Positions 6,175-12,769 of a DNA stretch of 12,769 nt are shown here, in pieces. The stretch spans positions 1-12,769 of the forward strand of contig JBBRLI010000043.1 in the NCBI GenBank assembly GCA_038231455.1. The letters run 5' to 3'. Numbering within the stretch: position 1 is the first letter of the stretch; every line of letters starts with the position of its first letter. The position numbers were made by a program, and so were the translations under genes. The stretch comes from Vulcanimicrobiales bacterium. Lineage in GTDB: Bacteria; Vulcanimicrobiota; Vulcanimicrobiia; Vulcanimicrobiales; Vulcanimicrobiaceae. A model generated the notes under the pieces. That model did not search any database. It was given only the letters and a program-made list of their open reading frames with translations, and was not told the DNA's origin.

Positions 6175-7050
6175 GTGATTGTTGCGCGCACGCCGGCGGA
6201 ATTCCGCGCGGCGATGGGCACGCTGCCCCGTCCTACCGGGTTTGTGCCCACGATGGGCGCGCTTCATGCCGGGCATTTGACGCTCGTCGCCCAGGCACGC
6301 GCGGAAAACGCGACGGTCGTCGCTTCGATCTTCGTCAATCCGTTGCAGTTTGGCCCAGGTGAGGATTTCGAACGCTACCCGCGCGCCTTTGCGGGCGACT
6401 GCGCAGCACTCGAAGCAGCCGGCGTTGTGGTCGTATTCGCGCCCAGCGTCGAGGTGGTGTATCCCGCCGGCTTTGCGACCTCGATCGAGCTCGGTGCGAT
6501 TGCAACGCGCTACGAGGGCGCGCTCCGGCCTGGTCACTTCAGCGGCGTTGCAACCGTTGTGTGCAAACTCTTCGGCGTGGTGCAGCCCGATCGCGCGTAT
6601 TTCGGTGCGAAGGACGCGCAGCAGTGCGTTGTGATCAACCAGCTCGTGCGCGATCTCGATCTTCCGGTCGAAATCGTCATCGCGCCGACGATCCGCGAAG
6701 ACGACGGCCTCGCGCTCTCGTCGCGCAACGTCTATTTGAATCCCGAAGAGCGCGCTGCCGCGCCCGCACTACACCGGGCGCTTGAAGTCCTAGCCGGCGC
6801 GATCGCGCGCGGCGAGCACGACCGTGATGCGGCCATCGCGCGCGCGCGCGCGCTCCTCGTTGAGCCGCTACGCGAAGCCTACTTGAATGCGGTCGACCCA
6901 CAAACGTTTGAAGCCGTTCCCTTGCGCGCACCGGCGATTGCCATCGGCAGCGCGTGGCTCGGAACGACGCGGTTGATCGACAACATCGGAGTCGCCGGTC
7001 CCGATGGGCGCGATCCGCTTGTAAATTCGACTCTGGTGATGCACCGATGA
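6175..7050 (+). CDS. panC: Pantoate--beta-alanine ligase
   Basis: FVPTMGALHAGH, SIFVNPLQF, RPGHFSGV, FGAKDAQQ, REDDGLALSSRN and RLIDN. Confidence 0.97.
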   Translation: MIVARTPAEFRAAMGTLPRPTGFVPTMGALHAGHLTLVAQARAENATVVASIFVNPLQFGPGEDFERYPRAFAGDCAALEAAGVVVVFAPSVEVVYPAGFATSIELGAIATRYEGALRPGHFSGVATVVCKLFGVVQPDRAYFGAKDAQQCVVINQLVRDLDLPVEIVIAPTIREDDGLALSSRNVYLNPEERAAAPALHRALEVLAGAIARGEHDRDAAIARARALLVEPLREAYLNAVDPQTFEAVPLRAPAIAIGSAWLGTTRLIDNIGVAGPDGRDPLVNSTLVMHR

Positions 7051-8234
7051 ACGGCGCGCGCGTGCTGCTCGGCGTCTGCGGCGGCATCGCTGCCTATAAA
7101 GCCGCCGCGCTTGCCAGCCACCTCGTCCAGCAAGGCGTCGTGCTCGATGTGGTGATGACGCAGGACGCGCAGCGATTCATCGGTTCGCTGACGTTTGCCG
7201 CGCTCGCGCGGCGGCCCGTGTTTACCTCGCCGTGGGAGCGCGGTGAAACGATTCCGCATATCGCGCTCGCACGCGAGAACGATATCATCGTGATCGTCCC
7301 GGCGACGGCGAACACGATCGCGAAAATCGCCTACGGCCTGGCCGACGATCTGCTCTCGAATATCGCGCTTGCCGCGCGCATCCCGATTGTCATCGCCCCT
7401 GCGATGAATTCCGCGATGTACGACCATCCCGCGACCGTTGCCAACCTTGCGACCCTGCGCGCGCGCGGCGTCCACATCGTTGAGCCCGGGAACGGTTTCC
7501 TTGCCGAACGCGAGCACGGCGTTGGACGCCTCGCCGATGAAGATGCGATTGTGGCCGCGATCGAGCACGCGCTCGTGCGCCGCGATGAATTGCGTGGCGA
7601 GCGCGTTCTCATCACCGCAGGACCGACGCGCGAGGCAATCGATCCGGTTCGATTTCTCTCCAACGCATCGACCGGAACCACCGGTATCGAACTCGCGCGC
7701 GAAGCGCTCGCGCGCGGTGCGAGCGTGACGCTCGTGCTCGGCCCGACGCTCGTCGTACCGCCGGCGAGCGCGACCGTCGTGCGCGTGACGAGCGCCCAGG
7801 AGATGTACGATGCCGCGCTCGCGCACGCAGCCGATGCAACGATCGCGATTGCGACCGCAGCCGTCTCGGATTTTCGCCCGGCCGAACGCTTCGATCGCAA
7901 AGTGAAGAAGGGCGCTGATCCCGCGGCAATCGCACTCGAACGCACGCCCGATCTCTTAGCGGAACTTGGGGCGCGCAAGAACGGCACGTTTCTTGTGGGC
8001 TTCGCCGCTGAAACGCACGATGTCGAAACGAACGGACGCGAGAAACTGGTGAAGAAACACCTCGATGCCATCGCCGTCAATGACGTCTCGGGCGAACGCG
8101 GCTTCGGAACGGGGCCAAACGAACTCGTCGTCCTCTACGGTGCGGACGGACGGATGGAGCTGGGCCGCCACAGCAAAGGCGAACTCGCCTCTCACCTGTG
8201 GGACGCCCTCCTGCGCGTGCGGGCTCAGCGCTAA
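7047..8234 (+). CDS. coaBC: Bifunctional phosphopantothenoylcysteine decarboxylase/synthase
   Basis: GGIAAYKA, PATANTIAKIAYGLADD, APAMN, ITAGPTREAIDPVRFLSN, AAVSDF and LVGFAAET. ATG 7047 overlaps the panC stop (ATGA). Confidence 0.96.
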   Translation: MNGARVLLGVCGGIAAYKAAALASHLVQQGVVLDVVMTQDAQRFIGSLTFAALARRPVFTSPWERGETIPHIALARENDIIVIVPATANTIAKIAYGLADDLLSNIALAARIPIVIAPAMNSAMYDHPATVANLATLRARGVHIVEPGNGFLAEREHGVGRLADEDAIVAAIEHALVRRDELRGERVLITAGPTREAIDPVRFLSNASTGTTGIELAREALARGASVTLVLGPTLVVPPASATVVRVTSAQEMYDAALAHAADATIAIATAAVSDFRPAERFDRKVKKGADPAAIALERTPDLLAELGARKNGTFLVGFAAETHDVETNGREKLVKKHLDAIAVNDVSGERGFGTGPNELVVLYGADGRMELGRHSKGELASHLWDALLRVRAQR

Positions 8235-9017
8235 ATGCTGCTTGCGATCGACGTTGGGAACACCGACACGAAGCTCGGCTTCTTTGCACGCGGCGAGAAC
8301 GGCATGGTCGGCGAGCTGCAGCACACGTGGCGCGTCACGACTTCGCGCCGCCGCACCTCAGATGAGTACGGCGTGCTCTTTCGGGCACTCTTTTCTGAGG
8401 CCGGCGTTGCGCTCGATGCAATCGACGCGATCGCCGTTTCCAGTGTCGTTCCGCCGATCGAATCGCACTTGCGCGATGCCTGCCTGCGTTATTTCGAGCG
8501 CACGCCACTCTTCATCAACGCCGCAACGCAGCGTTTGATCGAAGTCCGCACGGAGCGCCCGGTCGAACTCGGAAGCGATCTGCTCTGCGGTGCGATCGGT
8601 GCGGTCGCCCGGTATGGCGCGCCCGCGATCGTTATCGGCTATGGAACGGCCACGACGTTCTCGGCGATCTCGCGCGACGGCGCGTTCCTCGGAACGGCGC
8701 TCGCGCCCGGGATCCAGATTTCGATCGACGCGTTGATCAGTCGTGCGGCGAAGCTCCCGCAGATCGCGCTCGAAACGCCGCTGACGGCGATCGGACGCGA
8801 GACCGTCGCCTCGCTCCAGTCCGGCTTCGTCTTCGGGTTTGTCGGTCAGACCGAAGGCATCGTTACGCGTATCAAAGCCGAGATCGGCGAAGATGCGCGC
8901 ACGATCGCAACGGGCGGCCTTGCCAACGTCGTCGGACGGCAGACCGCGATGATCGATGAGATCGACCCGCACCTCATTCTCGAAGGCTTACGTCTCTTTT
9001 ACGAGGCTTCGCGCTAG
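8235..9017 (+). CDS. coaX: Type III pantothenate kinase family protein (atypical motifs)
   Basis: MLLAIDVGNT, SSVVP, GTATT, APG...L...AAKLP, IATGGLA and LILEGL. Abuts the coaBC stop. Confidence 0.92.
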   Translation: MLLAIDVGNTDTKLGFFARGENGMVGELQHTWRVTTSRRRTSDEYGVLFRALFSEAGVALDAIDAIAVSSVVPPIESHLRDACLRYFERTPLFINAATQRLIEVRTERPVELGSDLLCGAIGAVARYGAPAIVIGYGTATTFSAISRDGAFLGTALAPGIQISIDALISRAAKLPQIALETPLTAIGRETVASLQSGFVFGFVGQTEGIVTRIKAEIGEDARTIATGGLANVVGRQTAMIDEIDPHLILEGLRLFYEASR

Positions 9018-9019
9018 AG

Positions 9020-10240
9020 ATGACTGCCACGGCGATCGCACAACCGGCCGCCGATCGCCCACGGAGTGCACGGCATATCGATGTGCTCGACGGCATTCGT
9101 GGTCTCGCGATTGCGCTCGTCATGTGGTACCACATCTGGGAGATCACCTGGCAGGGCGCCGCGTTCACGGTCTTCGGCCATCAAGTCGATTTAATTTTTA
9201 TCGGCCGCATGGGATTTGTCGGCGTCGATATCTTCTTTTTCGTTAGCGGCTTTTGTTTATTCTGGCCGTACGCTCGGGCACTCGCAACAAAACGACCGTT
9301 TCCGACGGTGAAGCACTTTGCCTACCGGCGTTTTATCAAGATCGTGCCCTCGTATTTCTTGGCGCTGGCGATCCTCGTCGCACTCGGTAGCGAGCGAGAT
9401 CGTTCGCTCGTCGACGGCATCGAAGACGTGCTCGCACACGTGTTCTTCGTGCACACCTGGTTTCAATCGTACTTCGGTTCGATCGACGGCGTGCTGTGGT
9501 CGCTGGGCGTGGAAGTGCAGTTTTACGTTATTTTCCCGCTTGTCGTGCTCGCATTCGTACGCTGGCTCGTCGTGACCGTGGGCGCGATGTCGTTCGTCGC
9601 GTTCGTGTGGCGCTACGCGGTCGAGCGCTGCTGCTCGGTGGGGCCGTACAATCATTTTCATCAGCTCGAAAACAATCTGCCGGCGTTTCTCGACCTTTTC
9701 GCGATCGGAATGCTCGCCGCGTGGATCGTGGCCGTCGTCCTGCCTCGCATAAAGGCAACGACGCTCACGCGCCTCTTGGGTACGGCCATTGGAATTGGTG
9801 GTTTTACCTGGATCGTCGCGCTGATTTGGAATGTGAATAGCACGAGCACGCTGCATGACTACGCGGAGCATTGGCAAGTGTGGAATCGCTTTGCCTTCAG
9901 TCTTGCGTTGCTCGTCGCAACGGTCGGATCGATTGCTGCGCTTCCGCTCTGGCATCGCATCGTTGCAAACCCGCTTTTCGTCTTTCTCTCGGTCATCTCT
10001 TACAACGCGTACATCTGGCATCAGGTCGTGGCGCGCTCGCTCTTGTGGGCGCATCTCCCCCATGCGGCGACCGCTGATCCGCACGACGATCCGGCCTGGC
10101 AAATTTTCGCACTACCGCTTTATCTGCTCGCGGGAACGGCCCTCGCCGCGGCAATAACGTATGGCTTCGAGCGGCCACTTTTGAGAATCGATCCGGCGCG
10201 GTTCAACCTTTCCCGTCGTGCGATCGCTATCGAAGACTAG
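9020..10240 (+). CDS. Acyltransferase family 3 (OafA/YrhL-like) integral membrane O-acyltransferase
   Basis: LDGIRGLAIALVMWYH, GVDIFFFVSGF, RRFIKIVPSY, WSLGVEVQFY, ISYNAYIWH and FERP. Roughly ten hydrophobic segments and no fused SGNH domain. Confidence 0.93.
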   Translation: MTATAIAQPAADRPRSARHIDVLDGIRGLAIALVMWYHIWEITWQGAAFTVFGHQVDLIFIGRMGFVGVDIFFFVSGFCLFWPYARALATKRPFPTVKHFAYRRFIKIVPSYFLALAILVALGSERDRSLVDGIEDVLAHVFFVHTWFQSYFGSIDGVLWSLGVEVQFYVIFPLVVLAFVRWLVVTVGAMSFVAFVWRYAVERCCSVGPYNHFHQLENNLPAFLDLFAIGMLAAWIVAVVLPRIKATTLTRLLGTAIGIGGFTWIVALIWNVNSTSTLHDYAEHWQVWNRFAFSLALLVATVGSIAALPLWHRIVANPLFVFLSVISYNAYIWHQVVARSLLWAHLPHAATADPHDDPAWQIFALPLYLLAGTALAAAITYGFERPLLRIDPARFNLSRRAIAIED

Positions 10241-11039
10241 TGCCGTATACGACCGTCGCGATCCCGAAGACAACGAGCGCGCCTCCACCCACGCGCGTGA
10301 TCGTCTCGCCGTAGCGCAAAAATCGTCGCGATGTCAGCAAAACGCCCGCGGAAAGCGAGGCTGCGAAGAGAACGATCGTGTACCCGAGGGTGTACGATAT
10401 CATCGCGACGAGGGCACGCACGATCGATCCGTCCTGCGTCGCGGCACCCAACACCGCAACTAAAACGGGGCTTGCGCACGGCGATGCCACAAGCGCAAAA
10501 AGAACACCGGCTGCGAATGGACCGGCTGCTTTTGGCATCGCGCGCGTGAACTGCGGCGTCTGGATCGTGATCACGCCGGCCATCCAGAGCCCCATCAGAA
10601 CGGTGATCGCCCCAACGGCGATATTCACCGGCGAACGATACTGAACGATCACGGCAAAGAAAACGGAGGCGACCAGTCCGAGCGTGACGTTCACGACGGC
10701 GACGCCACCGGAGAATGAACCCGCGACGAGCGCCGATCGCCGGCGCGACGTCGTCCCGGATGCACCGATGAACGCAAGATTGACGGGCAGCATGCCGAGA
10801 ATGCAAGGGGAGAGACTTGCGGCTAGGCCCCCGGCGAATGCAACGGCGTAAAGTCGCCAGCCGGAGAGCGACGCGGGACCGAGCCGCGCCGCGATTGCGT
10901 TCTGCCACGATCCGACTTGACGTTCGAGCATGCTGCCGACGTCACCGTGAACGAAGGCCAGTGTCGCAAGCAACACGACCGCTGCGACGGCGGCGATTGC
11001 GAGCGTTCGCGCTGGCAATCGCCGGGCAACGTTTCGCAC
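10227..11039 (-). CDS. ccdA: CcdA/DsbD-beta family transmembrane electron transporter
   Basis: Two Pro-Cys motifs, ASLSPCILGMLP and VASPCASPVL, in a multi-TM protein. The GTG start abuts the thioredoxin stop. Confidence 0.9.
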   Translation of the reverse strand: MRNVARRLPARTLAIAAVAAVVLLATLAFVHGDVGSMLERQVGSWQNAIAARLGPASLSGWRLYAVAFAGGLAASLSPCILGMLPVNLAFIGASGTTSRRRSALVAGSFSGGVAVVNVTLGLVASVFFAVIVQYRSPVNIAVGAITVLMGLWMAGVITIQTPQFTRAMPKAAGPFAAGVLFALVASPCASPVLVAVLGAATQDGSIVRALVAMISYTLGYTIVLFAASLSAGVLLTSRRFLRYGETITRVGGGALVVFGIATVVYGTSLR

Positions 11040-11561
11040 CTAGCCGTGTCGTAACTGGGCGCTAACCGTCTCGATCGCTTTTTCGTAGTCTTCCGGTGTG
11101 TTGTCATTGTAGAGCGACGTCATGACGGCGCCGGTCTTCGGGTTGATGATGGCGACCGTGGACGTCGCCGTCTTGTCGGTGTCGTACAACTTTGTCAATC
11201 CGAGTTTTTGCGCTTTGGTCGCCGCTTCCGCAGCCGTTTTCGCGTCCGTCACATCGAACGTCACAAACGTCGCCTTACCTGCAAATTGTTTCTCGATTCC
11301 GCGATACGTGGCTTCGGTTGCCTTGCACGCCGGGCACCAGTCAGCATGAATCCGCACGACGACGGGTTTGCCCTGAAGCGCTTGCGGAAGCTGCCCAAGG
11401 ATCATCCCACTGTGCTTCATCGCGGATGCGGGCATTTTCATTTCATCCATCGCGTGCATCGCACCGGCCTCGGGTGGACTGCTGGGCGCCGTTTGAGCAA
11501 ACGACAAGAACGGGATCGCGGTGAACGCGAGGGTCAGAAGCGCGGCAGCCGGTCGATTCAT
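11040..11561 (-). CDS. Exported thioredoxin-fold protein (WCPAC) with a Met/His-rich N-terminal linker
   Basis: Signal peptide ending SFA|Q, IHADWCPACK active site, and GGAGG RBS at 11572-11568. Confidence 0.9.
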   Translation of the reverse strand: MNRPAAALLTLAFTAIPFLSFAQTAPSSPPEAGAMHAMDEMKMPASAMKHSGMILGQLPQALQGKPVVVRIHADWCPACKATEATYRGIEKQFAGKATFVTFDVTDAKTAAEAATKAQKLGLTKLYDTDKTATSTVAIINPKTGAVMTSLYNDNTPEDYEKAIETVSAQLRHG

Positions 11562-11761
11562 AGGTAGCCTCCGAAGAAGTGATAGTCCGCTAAGGCTAGC
11601 TTTTTTAAACCCTCAAAGGCGGTAACGACGCTTACAGCCTCGTTCCCCGCCGCTCTCACGGGCGGTTCTTATTCGGATGATTCCCGGATTTCACTGGGGA
11701 TCGACGATGGCGAGTCGCTAACGCATCCCTAGTCTTGATCTCGACCGAAGTTAACGGGTGA

Positions 11762-12769
11762 ATGATGAATCTTCGAAGCGCTCTCGTACGCGTCTCGTTA
11801 TTGCTCCTCGCGACTAGCACGGCAGCTCCGGCGGCGGAGACGCCGAGCGCAACGGAGTTCTACCGGCGCGCCGTCGTCACGATGAACGAGCTACCGGAGC
11901 CGCCATTTCTTGAATACCGGCTCGAGGGAACGGGGTCAGGGTTACGGACCGATATCTTGTCCGAGCCATGTAACCACCTAAGCTCGAGGTTCGGTGATGG
12001 TCGCAACCACTGGACCATCCGGAATCGCACATCGGACGCTCTTGCCGAAATCGTCGATGAGACGGGCAATCGCACCGTGATGCGGTTTGACCCGAGTTGG
12101 GCAAACACCTATCGTGAGCTTCGATCTGCGCCACTGCACGACGGCCGCAATATTTGTTCGCCGCCGGCTCTACGCGCTCCGGAACCCATTGCTTCCGATC
12201 CGAAGCCGGATCCGTCGGTAAAGACGATCGGGACGGTGCTGGCCATCGGCCCGGGAATTTATCGCGTGGACGACCGCGGTGCCGCTGTCTGTCCGAACGG
12301 CCATGAGGGTCACGCGCTCCATCTCTCCTCTCGGACGGGCGACCCGCGCCAGCAACTCTCCGATGTGATCGTCGAGGTGAGTTCGATGCGCTTCTGCACG
12401 GTACGTTTCGGAGCGCGACTGGGTCTGGGGTTTTCGGTCGATGCGATCTACGAACAGCATTTTGCGGACATCGGCGGCTTCTGGATGCAAACCGACGGAC
12501 AACTTGAAGCGACCGGTCGAATCGCGGGTTTCGCCTCCGGTCATGGAGTGTGGCGCTACAAGTTGCTGGATATGGACTATCCCGCAGCATTGTCACTTGC
12601 GGACTTTGCGCCGACGCCGAATGATGCCGCATCATATGCACGTCCGCAACGTCTAGTCGATATCGGAGGGCGAAAGCTCAATCTCTACTGCACGGGCACT
12701 GGATCGCCAACCGTCATTCTTGAAGCGGGCGGTGGCGATTCATCGCTCGACTGGCGCTTCGTTCAGCCG
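11762..12769 (+). CDS. Secreted protein, 3'-truncated: uncharacterised N-terminal domain fused to an alpha/beta hydrolase
   Basis: Hand translation from ATG 11762 is open for 336 codons to the window edge, so the track omits it for lack of a stop. MMNLRSALVRVSLLLLATSTAAPAA is signal-like. From 12653, LVDIGGRKLNLYCTGTGSPTVILEAGGGDSSLDWRFVQP is a typical alpha/beta-hydrolase N-terminus. Confidence 0.85.
   Translation, partial: MMNLRSALVRVSLLLLATSTAAPAAETPSATEFYRRAVVTMNELPEPPFLEYRLEGTGSGLRTDILSEPCNHLSSRFGDGRNHWTIRNRTSDALAEIVDETGNRTVMRFDPSWANTYRELRSAPLHDGRNICSPPALRAPEPIASDPKPDPSVKTIGTVLAIGPGIYRVDDRGAAVCPNGHEGHALHLSSRTGDPRQQLSDVIVEVSSMRFCTVRFGARLGLGFSVDAIYEQHFADIGGFWMQTDGQLEATGRIAGFASGHGVWRYKLLDMDYPAALSLADFAPTPNDAASYARPQRLVDIGGRKLNLYCTGTGSPTVILEAGGGDSSLDWRFVQP

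Noticed and set aside
6954..7046. Upstream extension of coaBC inside panC
   Set aside because: Homology starts at MNGARVLLGV (7047), with a classic ATGA overlap.
265..11567. Numerous Arg/Ala-rich overlapping and antisense ORFs (e.g. 1995..2795, 5803..6537, 6879..7826, 9257..10102)
   Set aside because: Expected artefacts of high-GC codon usage on or opposite well-supported genes.
11565..11606. Plus-strand intrinsic terminator (TAGCCT...AGGCTA followed by T6)
   Set aside because: The loop is over 20 nt and no plus-strand gene ends there. Treated as the minus-strand leader instead.
11670..11692. Possible ECF sigma promoter (minus strand AATCC-N10-CGAATA) for trx-ccdA
   Set aside because: The motifs are suggestive, but the spacing is shorter than the ECF promoters I know. 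Unsupported without TSS data.
11860..12656. Track ORFs 11860..12108, 11877..12641, 12170..12544 (-) and 12441..12656 (+)
   Set aside because: Shadow frames of the long plus-strand ORF starting at 11762; no recognisable motifs.
1..12769. CRISPR array, tRNA, rRNA or tandem repeats
   Set aside because: No regularly spaced direct repeats or tRNA/rRNA signatures seen. Runs such as GCGCGCGC near 6840 are ordinary Ala/Arg codons.

Overview
GC-rich bacterial chromosomal window. 1-1153: IS3-family element (orfA/orfB with a -1 frameshift motif; left end outside the window), followed directly by a decayed 3' remnant of a second IS3-family element (1154-1391). 1464-2682: divergent SOS locus with a YneA-like membrane-anchored LysM gene (-) and a Gram-positive-type lexA (+), two GAAC-N4-GTT(C/T) boxes, back-to-back sigma70-type promoters and a long, structured lexA leader. 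lexA runs into an orphan Lac/cellobiose-family PTS EIIC, a YnbB-like PLP enzyme and a PilZ-like protein. A 73-aa acidic hypothetical gene (-) precedes a tight FHA-panC-coaBC-coaX-acyltransferase_3 operon, in which CoaBC and CoaX both carry non-canonical active-site residues. Next is a convergent exported Met/His-rich thioredoxin plus ccdA pair (-). Last is a 3'-truncated secreted ORF missing from the supplied track (11762->12769) that fuses an uncharacterised domain to an alpha/beta hydrolase. A lineage such as Ca. Eremiobacterota is a weak guess only. All calls come from reading motifs by eye; no searches or folding programs were run.
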